Assembly (NCBI GenBank): GCA_053919585.1
Contig: CM132786.1
Strand: one strand, 5' to 3'
DNA length: 64,000 bases
Source: Euprymna scolopes
Taxonomy: Eukaryota
Below, piece after piece: positions 23,981 to 37,965 of this stretch (within the stretch, counting starts at the first letter, position 1; every line of letters begins with the position of its first letter). A program made the position numbers and the translations under genes. A model generated the notes under the pieces. It saw nothing but the letters and a program-made list of their open reading frames with translations. It was not told the DNA's origin and searched no databases.

Positions 23981-25307
23981 TAGTATCCGGCTCAATTAAA
24001 TAGGTTGACGTGATTAGTCGAGGAGCGGCAACCTATGGGCAATCAAAAAGGGCCTTACTTAGAGTAGATGGGATGAGAGAAAAGGAGATTTATCAGGAAG
24101 GGAAGTAACTCTTTTTTATATTCTTCCCCCCCCCCAAAAAAAATTGCGATGAATGAAATCGTTGCATGCCCTTAAAGATATAATATTTGTAATTTCAACA
24201 CAAATGCCTCATCAGAATATTCCATTTTACATGAGCTAGTAAATTGACTAATGTTTCAGGCCTGATTACAAAGAATGTATCTTTTTTATTTTTAATAGTA
24301 GAGATATTCCAGATTAGATGTTGGTTTCTTGATCCTCTTAGACCTGTAATTGGTAATTTCCTCCAAAGAATCTGCTGGTTCCATATCAGGATTCCTACAA
24401 TCTTCTATAGGAGAAGGTGCAGCTTCATTGGATTCCTCTTCAGCTGGAGTGTTAGAAAAATAGTTATTATTGAGAGATAACTCCAATGGAAATACATGTT
24501 TGAAGCTATATGTTTCTACTGAAGCATCGCCTCTTTTTATCTGAGCAGAACGAACCCTGTCATCGTTGCCACTAAACAGTTTAATATCTGTGCCCAGCTT
24601 CCAGAAGGGCCTAGGCTTGGCCGGATTCTTAATGAGTATCATATCATTGACATTGATATTATTGTGGAACTCAATTTCATGCAAATCCTTGAAACTTTCC
24701 TTCAGCCTTAGCAAATATTCATTGTGCTACAGGTCTTTGAATTTAGATATCAATTCTTCTCTGTTTTCCAAGGTATTCACAAGGAGAGATCTCGTGATTA
24801 GTTTGGTTTCAACCAAACTGGGGGTGTCCGATTGGAAGGAGAGTTCAGAGTTTATATTAGAATGAATGAAGCAGTTGAGTGTTAAAGAAAGTAAATCAAC
24901 ATCAGTAGAACATCTGTAGGTCAGAGGCCTGGAGTTGACTGCTATTTGGATGTCAGGTAGGAAGGTTAAGAGTTTAAAATAACCGATTTTGATCGTCCCA
25001 GTGTTTGAATAAGCAAGATTTTATTACTCTGATCATTCTTTCCCAAGTACTACCAATCCACGCGGAATGTAGGGACTTTTATGTGCTTATGAGCTTGTAA
25101 ATGAGTTATTGAATTCATTGTGGTTGATGTGATATTTAATTACATCACCGCATTAGGCGCCATTAAAGGAACATGCAATGCCACTGTATATGTGAGTAGG
25201 TACTCCATAAATATCAGTAAAACTAATCAATGCTTGAATGAAAGCTTGAGTGCTCATATTAGGTACAAGTTCAATGTGAATAGCTCTCACATTCATACAT
25301 GTGAAAA

Positions 25308-26027
25308 TCAACAAATACATTTTCCTAGACCTTCCTTCTCTGTGTACCCAGATGTTAGATTGTAATCAATACTGGTGTGTTGGTAGGGGTTTATTAGCCT
25401 AACACTGTGTTTCAGCAAATTTGTTAACTTGGAGTACTTGAAGGCCAGGCTGTTGAATTTTTTACAAGTATAGCAGCTCGAGATCACAGACTTCACCGAC
25501 TGCCTTGTTTGTGGAAGCCAATATCCTGATAACCTTAATTTGGTCACTCTTATGCTTATGTCCAAGTGCTTGCACCGATGATGGCTATCAAAAAGTATTA
25601 ATTTTGTAAGTGGGCAGTGTTTGGCAATTAAAATAAGATAGACTAAATTGTAGTCATATCTTGTTGAATTGGCAATTCTTCCATCCACTCTCAAGATCCC
25701 ATTAGAATCGAAAAAGATGTTAAGATTCCTAACCAGCAAGGGAATCTCCTTATTAAGAGGGTCCTTCAGATAAGCAATTTCTTTAACAAATGCTTTCAAT
25801 TGCATCATTTTTATTAAGTGAATTTTAGCAGTCTGTTTTGGATCAGATTGTTCCTTCACTCGCTTGTATCTAGTCACAAATCTGAATATGAAGGCAATAG
25901 CACGGCATAACTTGTAAAAGTTTGAGAACCTATCAAATGGAATCAGTGGTTCACTAATAGTTCCACTCAGTATGTTATGGAAAACATTTTCCACATGGCA
26001 CTTGCTTTCCGGACCCAGACAGCTCAA
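25308..26027 (-). CDS. BEL/Pao pol fragment including the integrase zinc-binding domain (pseudogenic)
   Basis: RFSNFYKLCRAIAFIFRF, GILRVDGRI, HHRCKH...GYW...CYTCKK. Confidence 0.85.
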   Translation of the reverse strand: MSCLGPESKCHVENVFHNILSGTISEPLIPFDRFSNFYKLCRAIAFIFRFVTRYKRVKEQSDPKQTAKIHLIKMMQLKAFVKEIAYLKDPLNKEIPLLVRNLNIFFDSNGILRVDGRIANSTRYDYNLVYLILIAKHCPLTKLILFDSHHRCKHLDISIRVTKLRLSGYWLPQTRQSVKSVISSCYTCKKFNSLAFKYSKLTNLLKHSVRLINPYQHTSIDYNLTSGYTEKEGLGKCIC

Positions 26028-28520
26028 GGTACTTGTTGGTCAATTCTCTGGTTCCTGAACTAAGTCTAGTAGTCCAATTTTCTTTAAATTTTTCCAGGGT
26101 GATACCACAAGAAAGCAGATCAGCTGAGTTGTCTGCAGAGGGGACATGTTTGTAATGAATGCTCACTCCAAATTCTTTACTTAAGTTCTTTTTCATAGAA
26201 TTTTCGCTTTAACTGTGACAGGAGCACAGAGTGACGATGGGTCAAATATTTTTGCTATCTGTGCCAAACTGTTTCTTTTTGAGAGTATATTTTTCTGAAC
26301 TGAAATGTTACAAATGCGGTATTTATACTCTGGAACTTTCTCATATTCACAGCCATGCTGCACAATTTTGTCATCCTCAATCATAATATCTCATACTTTC
26401 TTGTAATTGGAATTGCACAACCTCAGCTAGAAATTTCTCTTCTGCAGACGAGGCATTGCATTTTATAGAGGCTAATTATTTTCTCAGAAGAATTGCTCGT
26501 CATACACAAGTTGTCAACATAAAAACGATTTTTTAACATCTTTGTGTATGTACCATTTGGAAAGAGACCTACGTGATGCTGAGAAACATAATTTAAAACG
26601 CATTGAAGCCAAATATCAGCGTACAATAGTGATAACAAATCAAGTTATCTCCGTCTTTGACGAAAAACAAAATTTATTTTTTTCCTCATTAGACTTGAGT
26701 CTGATCAAAAGAAAAGGGTTTCTTATATCACCTAATGGAACATATTTATCAAGGATGTACAAGAGTAAAAGTTCAAGCATCACACCAGGATAACATCCTT
26801 CATTGAGAGAGCAACCATCGGTTTGATCTTAGTAGTTACCTGTTGATCAAACTTGAAGACTGGTATCCAAATGTATTTGGGAAAATCCTGTGGGGCAACT
26901 TCAATTCTTCCGATAATTCCTTCAGACGCTTGTTGGCGAAAAATATCAGTATAGGTTCTAGCCAAACTCTTTTTTTGTCAAAGAAAGCATTGTTCTGTGA
27001 AGTATTTTAAGAGCGACTTGGTAGTTGTAAGTTACAGAATCGATTTTATCCTTATGCCAGGGTAGATCGACCAAATAAGAGTTGTCCTTGAATTCAATAG
27101 ATTCTTTGAAGCTATTCATTTTATGTCAGTAATAGTCACCAATTAGTTCCTCATCAAGGGAAGTACCAGCCGAGTCTACTGCAAATATCTTTTCTAAATT
27201 TCTTTCCATATTTGAAGTTTCGAATATATCAGAGAACAGATCCGGGTAGGTTAACTTGGGTTCCAATATGGATTTAATTGTCACTCTGGGTAATAGGCAT
27301 ATTCCGAAATCACAGTGTGATAATTTGCACAGAGTTTGGAGCTTCCAGTTCCCATAGGATTGATTTGATTGGGATATAAAAAGGGTTGAACGTTTCCAAA
27401 TGGAACATCCCCTGAGGCAAATCCCATGCATGTCTGTTCATGCATTCAATGATTCTGGAGCCAGTCATAAATTGAAATATATCAACTCCAAGGATGCCCT
27501 GAATTATTATAACATTGCTGTTTTTCAATTGAAAACGCCAACCTGTAATTTAGTTTATTTAGGTTGCATTTCACTTGAACGAAATTGCCAAATTCAAATT
27601 AGATACCAAATTTGCTATCAATTAAGACCGGAATAGGGATTATTTTCCCTTTCCCACATTAATCTTCAGTACAACCTGTTCAAGTCTCTTCATAGTAACA
27701 CCCAAATAGGTTTTCATTTGGTAATCAGTAAGATTCGAATTTCCATCAGGATATCTTAACTCCTTTAATATTTTTTTTTTGAGAAATAAGAAGGCTAACT
27801 TCCAGTGTCCAATAGGTAGTTAACAGTATTTTATTTTAGTTCTGTAATGTAGTGAGATAGCCACAACAGGTAATATGTTGTTTTCATCAACCTGGGAAAA
27901 TAGGGAGATCACCCCTTTGAGACTATCATATAATGGTGTAATATGTGCCTTTGAGGGACACAATTACAGGCGAGAGGTGATTTGTTCTGGCGTCCAGAAC
28001 AATGTTCGATTTTGTGTTTAAAAATTGAACATCCCGTACACAATTTTAATTGTTTACACCGTCTAATTCTAGCCTCATATGTTGAGAATTTGTTGCATTT
28101 TAATATGGAGTGGCCACGTACTGTGCAAAGTTTGAAGTATGTTTTGGAGTAGTTTGTTGTGAAGTTTTGTATAGCAGCATCTTCATTCCTCTTCTCATGA
28201 GTCTTGACATGCCCATCACCAGTTGAAGGAGTTTTAGCAAATCGAAATTGTTTTATTTTATTTCTGGACAGAGCATGCATCGCCTCATTGTAGTTATCAA
28301 ATATTTGTGACAGAGAGGAGTAATTTGTGTTAACTCTGTAGCTAATCTCCCGTCTTAGTGACTGGCCAACAAAAAACCTATCCTCAAAAAAATCTATCAG
28401 ATATGAAGTTTCAGTTCAGACAAATCCGCGCTCACTTACACTAATTATTGTTTCACAGACACAAATTCAGTTATATTGATGAGAAGCAGAAATGATCTCC
28501 TTGAAAATCCGATTGATAAT

Positions 28521-28765
28521 TGTTATAGACCCATGCTAGAAGTCACAAATGAAAGAAACCACAAGTAATGTAAAGTGTATAAAATATAATATGTATTCAT
28601 CATAAAGAATACAGGAGTCACTAAAGTGGTATGAGAGGAACGTGTTCGTAGCATGCGGTTAAACATGGTATGAATGTCTCCATTTAGTCTCTGAAACCAG
28701 TGGTATTCATAGGACTGGTTGATTCCAATTAGTTCTCAAATAGGGGTGATTTGTACCCCACAACA
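28521..28765. mobile_element. Solo LTR (245 bp) inserted in BEL gag
   Basis: TGTT...AACA termini; flanks ATAAT/CTAAT (4/5 TSD). Removing it restores the gag reading DVPFIINRIFK. Confidence 0.7.
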
Positions 28766-29599
28766 CTAATAAAAGGGACATCCAAGATTCTTTAGTTAGT
28801 AAGTCAACAGCTACATTGTAATTTTCATCTTCCAAGGCTGGATGGGAAACTAATTGCAAGGCATAATCGCTCAAATATCCCTCTAATAAAGCCATTTTAA
28901 CAGAGTCAGTACAGTTTTTGAATTGAAAGATAAAATTTTTGAACTCGAACCTGGAAGGATCGATTCCACGAAAAGTTGCACACCGTTACTTGGGGATGGA
29001 AAACAAAGGTACAGAGGCAACTTCAGTTTTTTCCAATGTAGTAGGTTCTTCAACAGAATCTTCAATGTCGACAAAACGATCATTAACATTAGCTCAAAAG
29101 CCAATCTCCCTCTTTGTTTAGTAATTATTTTTTTGTGTTGCCGACCTGATTGTGACTGATGAGATCTTTTGAAATACATATATTTGAAAAGTTAAAACAA
29201 GACTGAATTGTTGTCATGGTGATGATGAACGATTGCCTCTGTTTGCGTTGTTTAACGACATATATTGTTGAGCAAACTCTCCTTTATAACGCCAACGTTG
29301 CCCAGTACAGTATAGTCCATTCGAAATTGCCGAATACATACAGCGTTTTCTTTTTCTTAACGACGTGGTGTCTGATCAGAGAACCTTTTATTTTTTTCGA
29401 AACTGTAGGACCATATACGTGTTATAACCACTAGAACTTTTTTGTAATCATCGGTTGTAATTTTGTGACCCTTTTTCATCGGTTAAAGTATCGATAAGGG
29501 CTTTGTTTATTTAGCGATAGCTTTCCTCAACTAGCAAGTAAATTTTCTCTGATAGGTCTATAAAAGTAGTTGCTTATGGACAGAAATATGACTCACATA

Positions 29600-30500
29600 G
29601 TATCAATCAAGGATTTATTCTGGGCACAACACTTCCTAATCTTCATCAAGGATTTACATAATCATATTTTGGCCCCATTTATTGGCATTTAGTAAGATGA
29701 CAGAACTCTGAAGCATTTTTAAGATGATTGGTGATCAATATCTTGATTCTCTCTTTTTAAATCTTAAGCATGTGCTTCTATGGAAACACCTAACTTTCCT
29801 CTTTCACCACAAACGCTCAGATCTTCGTATTTCACTTCAGATTTGCAATGGAAAACATATTGATGCTATGTTGGATGGAAAATGGTTAAATAATTCTTCC
29901 ACTTGAGAAAGTATCAGCAATTCTCTACTTGTATGGAAGTCAGATACGTTTTAAGATCGAGTACTGCTACCACATCAGGGAATATGCTACACAGTGCACA
30001 CTTTATTGCCTTCACAGTATGCAAAATTAACTTCACAGATTAGTAGAAGTTGATCAATTTTTCCATAGCCATTTTTTAAAACAGAAATAACGTTGCTATT
30101 CGTTCTTTGCTCTATTGATACTTCCATGAAAGGTGCTAGACTGGGTTCTAATCTCTGATTCCCTTCATCTGTAAAGCATTCTCAACAAGAACTTATTTAG
30201 TTACCACCAGTGCAAGTAACATTCCTTTCTTGCTCTGCAATAGCCAAATGAAATTCAAAGAGTGTTTACAAGAACTCCTTATCTTTGGAACACATTGCTA
30301 CATTGCAGATGACAACATGGTCGCTCCAAGTCAATATCAAAAACTAATTTTCGATCCGTTGTGAAGTAATCAAATGTTGTCCCTTCCAGACATTGTTTTC
30401 AAGCATCCCGTAATATTGTTCATCATTCAATTGTCAATCTCATTAACTCTTATCCTCAAGTGGCATTAAACCTTAGTAAATGGCCATCGCCAATATTTTT
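29600..30500 (-). mobile_element. Possible hAT transposase relic
   Basis: Minus-strand GLMPLED...ITGCLKTMSG resembles hAT TDGAxxMxG. Strongly decayed. Confidence 0.3.
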
Positions 30501-31435
30501 GAATACTGAAAATTTTCAAAGAGTAAACATTTTTCCTTCAAGCAACAATTGAATATCTGTATAACTACTTATATCAGGTCATTTTTGATTTGAAAATATT
30601 ACAAAATATAATATTTACAAAATATATTAAAAATATTTATTCTTCATGAATAAATATCTACATTTATACCAAATGATATTTTTCATCTCAAATTGACTGA
30701 TTAGAATAAGCAATATATATATTATTTTCTTTTATTGCAGGGATCTTTTACGAAATTAATACAAATTTTGTTTCAAGTTTCTCAAAACATCACAAGTTTT
30801 ATAATTATTCTTTAATTAAATAGAAAATGCAGGCATAGCAAAATATTGTTAAAAATCGGTAAAATAAAATAACTTTTTTATTTCATTTTTCATGATAAAA
30901 TGAATTGTATGCATAGTATTAGGCGAAAAGCTTCCTTTTCACAATAATCACTATCACTGCTGCAGCGATTCGATCGCCCATTGGTCAATTCTAATCTTTG
31001 TTTAAACACATACAAAGTTTAATCCAATTTGAATCTTTTAATTATCTGACCTTTTTTCTCTCTTCCACTATCTCGTTCTCTCTCCTCCCTCCCCACTCTC
31101 TCTAAAGCCTAGCTCTTGTTTTTTGTGTGAAAAGATTATAGTAGTAAAAGATCCACACAAGCATAATTTTTTCATTGCACTAAAGTGACAAGGTCTTTTA
31201 GATGTTGTAGATGTGATTGCATGACATCGACATTAAAAACAATACTGAAGCAAAATTACTAGAGCTAAAATTCGAACACGAGTGTATGTAGATTTCTAGT
31301 TAGGGTTAAGGATTGGGGTGAATAGAACTCGATTATTCATAATGTTAAAGAACGAATATTTGCTCACACAGTATATTCAATAAATTTCAATAGATGTAAA
31401 GAAATAATATGATGCAAAAGCATTACTGTGAACGC

Positions 31436-34017
31436 TTATATGATCATGTGTTTATGAGATTATGTTATCATGTGTTTATGAGATTATGTGATCATGTGTT
31501 TATGAGCTTATGTGATCATGTGTTTATGAGCTTATGTGATCATGTGTTTATGAGCTTATGAAATAATGTTTTTATGAGATTATGTGATCATGTGTTTATG
31601 AGGTTATGTGATCATGTGTTTATGAGATTATGTAATCATGTGTTTATGAGATTATGTGACCATGTGTTTATGAGCTTATGTGATCATGTGTTTATGAGAT
31701 TATGAAATAATGTTTTTATGAGATTATGTGATCATGTGTTTATGAGGTTATGTGATCATGTGTTTATGAGATTATGTGATCATGTGTTTATGAGCTTATG
31801 TGATCATGTGTTTATGAGATTATGAAATCATATTTTTATGAGATTATGTGATCATGTTTTTATGAGCTTATGTGATCATGTGTTTATGAGATTATGTAAT
31901 CATGTGTTTATGAGCTTATGTGATCATTTGTTTATGAACTTATGTGATCATGTGTTTATGAGCTTGTGATCATGTGTATATGAGCTTATGTGATCATGTG
32001 TTTATGAGCTTATGTGATCATGTGTTTATGAGATTATGTAATCATGTGTTTATGAGCTTATGTGATCATGTGCATATGAGCTTATGTAATCATGTGATTA
32101 TGAGCTTATGTGATCATGTGTTTATGAGATTATGTGATAATGTGTTTATAAGCTTATGTGATCATGTTTTTATGAGCTAATGTGATCATGTGTTAATGAG
32201 CTTATGTGATAATGTGTTTATGAGCTAATGTGATCATGTGTTTATGAGCTCATGTGATCATGTGATTATGAGCTTATGTGATCATGTGTTTATGAGCTAT
32301 TTGATCATGTGTTTATGAGCTTATGTGATCATGTGTTTATGAGATTATGTGATCATGTGTTAATGAGCTTATGTGATCATGTGTTAATGAGCTTATGTGA
32401 TCATGTTTTTATGAGATTATATAATCATGTTTTTATGAGCTTATGTGATCATGTTTTTATGAGATTATGCGATAATGTTTTTATGAGCTTATGTGATCAT
32501 GTGTTTATGAGCTTATGTGATAATGCGTTTATGAGATTCTGTGATCATGTTTTTATGTTATGTAATCATGTGTTTATGAGATTCTGTGATCATGTTTTTA
32601 TGAGATTATGTGATCATGTGTTTATGAGATTATGAAATAATGTTTTTATGAAATTATGTGATCATGTTTTTATAAGATTATGTAATCATGTTTTTATGAG
32701 ATTGTGTAATCATGTGTTTATGAGATTATGTGATCATTTGTTTATGAGATTATGTAATCATGTTTTTATGAGATTCTGTGATCATGTTTTATGAGATTAT
32801 GTAATCATGTGTGTATGAGATTATGTGATCATTTGTTTATGAGATTATGTAATCATGTTTATATGAGATTATGTAATCATTTGTTTATGAGATTATGTAA
32901 TCATGTTTTTATGAGATTCTGTGATCGCGTTTTTATGAGATTATGTAATCATGTTTGTATGAGATTATGTGATCATTTGTTTATGAGATTATGTAATCAT
33001 GTGTTTATGAAATTATGTGATCATTTTTTTATGGGATTATGTAATCATGTTTTTATGAGATTCTGTGATCAGTTGTTTATGAGATTATGTAATCATGTTT
33101 GTATGAGATTCTGTGATCATGTGTTTATGAGATGATGTAATCATGTGTTTATGGGATTATGTGATCATGTTTTTATGAGATTATGTGATCATTTGTTTCT
33201 GAGATTATGTAATCATGTTTTTATGAGATTATGTGATCATTTGTTTATGAGATTATGTAATCATGTGTGTATGAGATTATGTGATCAGGTGTTTATGAGA
33301 TTATGTAATCATGTTTGTATGAGATTATGTGATCATGTGTTTATGCGATTATGTAATCATGTGTTTATGAGATTATGTAATCAGTTTTATGAGTTTATGT
33401 AATCATGTTTTTATGAGATTATGTGATCATTTGTTTATGAGATTGTATAATCGTGTGGTTATAAGATTATGTAATCATGTGTTTATGAGCTCATGTGATC
33501 ATGTGTTTATGAGCTTATGTGATCATGTGTTTATAAGCTTATGTGATCATATGATTATGAGCTTATGTGATCATATGATTATGAGCTTATGTGATCATGT
33601 GTTTATGAGCTTATGTGGTCATGTTTTTATGAGCTCATGTGATCATGGGTTTTTGAGCTTATGTGATCATGTGATTATGATAGTATGTTATAATGTGATT
33701 ATGAGCTTGTTAGATCATGTTTTTATGAGAATAAATGATCATTTATTTATGAGCTTATGTGATAATGTGTTTATGAGATTATGTCATCATGTGTTTATGA
33801 GATTATGTGATCATGTGTTTATGAGATTATATGATCATTTTTTTATGAGCTTATGTGATCATGTTTTTATGAGATGATGTAATCATGTTTTTATGAGATT
33901 ATGTAATCATGTGTTTATAAGCTTATGTGATCATGTGATTATGAGATTATGTGATCATGTTTTTATGGGATTATGTGATTATGTGTGTATGAGATTATGT
34001 GATCATGTTTTTATGAG
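31436..34017. repeat. 24-bp minisatellite (TTATGAGMTTATGTGATCATGTGT), ~107 copies
   Basis: Directly visible; produces the spurious 8-aa MRLCDHVF ORFs. Confidence 0.98.
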
Positions 34018-34125
34018 AAAGAAAGTTAATTGAGAGAAATTAAATGAGTTAAAACGAAAGTTGAATAGAGAAACTGTTAAAAGAAGTATTTCAATTAAGT
34101 TTGACATTTTGAAATTTATTTAAAA

Positions 34126-34378
34126 CTAGCAGGGAGACCCAACGTCGCCAGGGATTGAATGATAATCAACGTATATTTCACACTCCTATATTTTTATTGC
34201 CATCAAAATTTGTGAAATCGCCCGGGAGGAAGCTTCACATACCTCCATGCAGTAACTTAGTCCAAAATATGTGTTATTCTACATGGCACTGTAGAGAGCC
34301 GACTGTTTCTTTCAGAAAAATTATTTTATATAAACTTTCAAGTAAACAAAAAAAAAACATTAAGAAATTTACGAGTGT
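34126..34378 (-). mobile_element. Helitron H5-family 3' fragment
   Basis: Colinear with the 3' part of H5 starting at 22704 (actagcagggagaccc...). Confidence 0.85.
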
Positions 34379-35799
34379 GTTTTTTTTTCTTATCTAGTTG
34401 TTTAATTATATTAATTTAAGAATTGGAAATTTTATTTTATATTTTGTTATTTCATTTAATAAAGCAAAAAGTGGCAAAAGGCCACAATAGCAGCCAAGCA
34501 CTAAACAAAAGTCAAGTTAAATCAACAGTTACTGTGTTAATGTGTTAAGGCATGCGTCACGTGGCATTGATGAAATAGTTTTAAATAGAAAGTGAAAAGT
34601 AATTAATTGGCCATTATCGATTAATTGGTAAAAAGGCCGATGAAGCTGATTACCGACAGCCTACCGATTTATTAGTGCATCACTACTTACAATTAAGAAA
34701 CATTGACAATAATACGGCAATGACAAACGAAGGTGAACAATGTAAAAATTGATAAGATACAAGAATACCTGAAAATCAATGGCAATAAAGGCTGGATGTT
34801 AGAAAGACACGATGACGTTGCCGGAGGCTGGAATGGCAGAATAAATTGGTATTGACGTCCCTGACATACAGAGAGATGCTTCAGGTAGGTCAGGTCTGTG
34901 TATATGTCACATACAAGAGCGTCAGGAAGAAGTCGTCGGGAGTATGAGAAACAGGAAAAAGTCATTGGAGATCGACGTAGAAGTCTCTGGGATTAGAAAC
35001 GTGCTTCACGTATGTCTGATCGATGAAGACGTCGCCAAAGGCTGGATCGGCAGGATACATTGCTGGGAGCTGGTACGGCAGGAGTACGTTGCCGCATATA
35101 GGACGCCGTCAGCTGTAGATATAGCTGGTCGGATCAGGAGGACATCTCAGGAAGAAGTAAAGGGTTGAAAAAAGGTTTATCATAGAAATTGGTGAAAAAA
35201 TCGATATCAAAAGGACAGTTGATTGTGTATTTGCTGTAGTGAAAAGTTCCACGCAAATGACAGTTTGGTTTCTGCTATTTATGAGCTTCGTAACTGGTTA
35301 CAGTCGAATGCTGAGTGGCCCCCTGGCCTCAATAATTAATTGGATCGACTGATTTTATTTCCAAGATGTGGTACAATAGTAAATTCCAGTCTCACAGAAA
35401 TACGGTTTACTTTGCATGAAATCTTAGTCAACCGTATTACAATTAATATGAATCAGTCATCAGAATTTTATGTACCGATTAAGTGGGATAAAAATGGTAA
35501 AAAATCTTATTCAAGGGTCGCTTGTGAAAGGTTATAACCCTGAAAATGTTGCTTGTGGGCGTGGCTTATGCTGATTCTTTTTAAAAGCGGTAGATTTGTA
35601 AACAAGGGAACCGCGAAAGGATGACTGATGAATCAGAAACAACATTTTAACAATATCAACATTGATGACAGAAAAACCTTTTCATTCGTTAAAAAACAGG
35701 TGAAAAAACTCCTAAGTTAGCTGTGGTTAGAGAATCTACTACAAAACATGATTCGTAAAAACATTCAAATATCAGAACTAAATTAGACTGAAAAAAAAA

Positions 35800-36145
35800 T
35801 CAGCCAAGAAATGTTTATAAAGATTTACAAATAGAAACAGATCACCTAACAAAAAATGGTGTTACTATTGCGGAAGATTCTAAATGTATAAAATCCTGTT
35901 TATTCAAAACAATGTCAGAATTAAATGGAAAATGTAGTTAGTAGCGGCCCATACTTTTGTTGGGTAAAAGTAAAATTGCCACATAGTTGTTTCTACTAAA
36001 TAAGAATTTACACAAAACTTTCTATTGATACTGGCGCTTCGATTAGCGTATTCTCACCGAATAAGAACGAAAAACTGTCCACATAAGATTACATATTGCA
36101 AGCTAGAAATGGCAGTGATATTAAAACGTATGGTTCGACTGCATT
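35800..36145 (+). mobile_element. Ty3/Gypsy gag-end and aspartic protease relic
   Basis: IDTGASISVF...LQARNGSDIKTYGS (DTG active-site motif, ~36025), preceded by a Cys-containing gag-end-like segment. Confidence 0.75.
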
Positions 36146-36539
36146 ACGTTATATTTTAAATGAACTTATATCATAACTGACATGAAAATATAAATGTACA
36201 TTTTTAACATATTTCCATGTAATGATGAGTTGTTTGTTTTGTTTTCTTCAGATCTATTAGGATTTTCCCAATTATATTTGGTAGCAATAATATTTGTGGC
36301 GTCGACAACAAAAAAAGAACACAATGTTATTAAATACTGATGTAAAATGAGAGTGATGTTTGAAGCGGTGTCGAACGGATATTTACTGGTTTGTTGTTTC
36401 TTAACAAGTATATATTTCTTACGAACTTCAAAACTTATATTAAAAATGGCAAAAATTTAATTCGATGTAAATTTCTGGAAACATCCTAACGTTTTTATAT
36501 GAGTTTGTCCCTTGACTATGAAGTATTCATCCTGCTAGG

Positions 36540-37280
36540 ATTACGGTTCTTCTTTTCACAAAATCCGTCCTTGTATCCGCGACATGAACAATGTTGGCAC
36601 GTATGTTTTTGAAATGGGAAAAAACGAGCATACTATATTTCTTCACATGACCAACAGGGTGTTGAGGGCTTCTTTTGCCTTCAAGTAGAGGATTTCCTAC
36701 TGATTTGCTAGAAACGGAAGGATTATTAGAATATTGCCGCTGTTACATCATTGCAGTATAGCGTTTAAGGTTTATTTAACATTGACATTCTGTGGTCAGA
36801 ATTTGCACTGTCATTTCTTTGTCTTTTTTCAACATACATAATAGATGTGTGCATATGTCAGCATTGTCTGCAGATTGTAATCCTGCAACAGAAATGAAGG
36901 ATTTGAATTGATCTTCTGTCAGCGAGTTCAGTCGGAAATTTTCGCATTGTACGTTTACAATTCTAGTATGATTAGCAAAATCATCTTCATCAGTTTTATT
37001 TAATTTCAAGCAATTATTGTGGATGTCAAATAGTGATGATATCTCACCAAAAATATCTTTTAATTGTGCTACCGTTCCGTTTAATATGGAATCTCCTTGT
37101 CTTGTGGGTAAAATGAAATTTGTATAGCGTTGGTCTTTCTTTATACCAAGGTTTCAACATCGCCGAAAGCTGTGTTTGAAATTGTTCTGTTAATGTCTCA
37201 ATTAATTTGTTTTTTTGCTTGTAGAAATTGTTCTTGTTAACTTCTCAGGATTTTATCCAGCAAATTCGAGTCTATGACAA
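36540..37280 (-). mobile_element. Ty3/Gypsy gag relic from a different element
   Basis: EDDF...VNVQCENFRL..LTEDQFK.FI.VAGLQS...ADI.T.LL...TVQILTTECQ, then a zinc-knuckle relic PCWSC...HTCQHC..RGYKDGFC. Confidence 0.8.
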
Positions 37281-37599
37281 TAATAATTCAATTTTCTGTT
37301 CAGTTTGTGCAAAAAAATATGTTCGAGATAAAAAAAAAAAGAAAGATATTCATCGCTAATTTGTTGTGTCCGTGAGAATGATGAATTTGTTGCTGATTAT
37401 ACGAATTTGCAAAAACACTTCGTATTGGCATGGAACTATTCATTAACGATAACGACAGAAAAATGATGATTTTACAAGAAAGATATTGTGTTTGATATGA
37501 ATCCACCATTTTGCTTTATTCCGAGTCCCGGCCTGCCAGGGCAGACAACCTTATTCTTTTCGAGTTATTTATCTTTATTTCCTCTTATAACATAGACGT

Positions 37600-37965
37600 T
37601 AAAAAAAAAAACAATTCACATCGCGAAATTCGTTATATAATACAATTTCCATTGACATAGGCCACATTCCCAGAAACGATAACGTTATTACAGACACATT
37701 TTCACGTTTAACTATCATTCAAACGATAACGGAACGTTTTAAAAATATAATGCATGAACAGCACAAGAACACATACTAAAAGAAACTTTTCTAAAAAAAA
37801 TTCTGTAGAATTAAAAGATAATCCGGATGAGTTAAGTGACACGTCCAAAGAAAGCACCACTGGAGAGGTATCTAAGACTATACTGTTAAGACGAAGTACT
37901 AGACAGAAACGGCTTTCCTCACATTACCATTTGTGTAATGCTGAGATCAGGGAGGACCATGATGA
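37600..37965 (+). mobile_element. Gypsy RNase H end and 3' (LRRSTR/PPT-like) relic
   Basis: IQFPLT/DIGHIPRNDNVITDTFSRL resembles QFxxDIxHIPGxDNVVADxLSR; LRRSTRQKR is followed by purine-rich agggagga. Confidence 0.55.

Larger units (their letters stand above)
24121..29200 (-). mobile_element. Degenerate BEL/Pao LTR retrotransposon (gag-PR-RT-RH-IN)
   Basis: Order on minus strand: gag N-terminus (LEGYLSDYALQLV...ENYNVAVDLL), zinc knuckles (CTGCSIFKHKIEHC), protease-like YLLDTGS at ~27810, RT FYVDN, Pao IFDP..LCAPVTVKAKIL, HVPSADNSADLLS, integrase H2C2 (H...YW...CYTCKK), C-terminal RPFWKLG...DDRVRSA. Polypurine tract at 24121-24135. Many stops and frameshifts; paired LTRs not found. Confidence 0.93.

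Noticed and set aside
23800-29600. Paired LTRs for the BEL element
   Set aside because: Sequence beyond the PPT does not match sequence upstream of gag; only a weak PBS-like TGGTCC at ~29407-29412.
31974-33877. Cys/His-rich repeat proteins (MRLCDHVF)n
   Set aside because: A by-product of a 24-bp minisatellite; frames are broken by stops and indels, and there is no unique N- or C-terminus.
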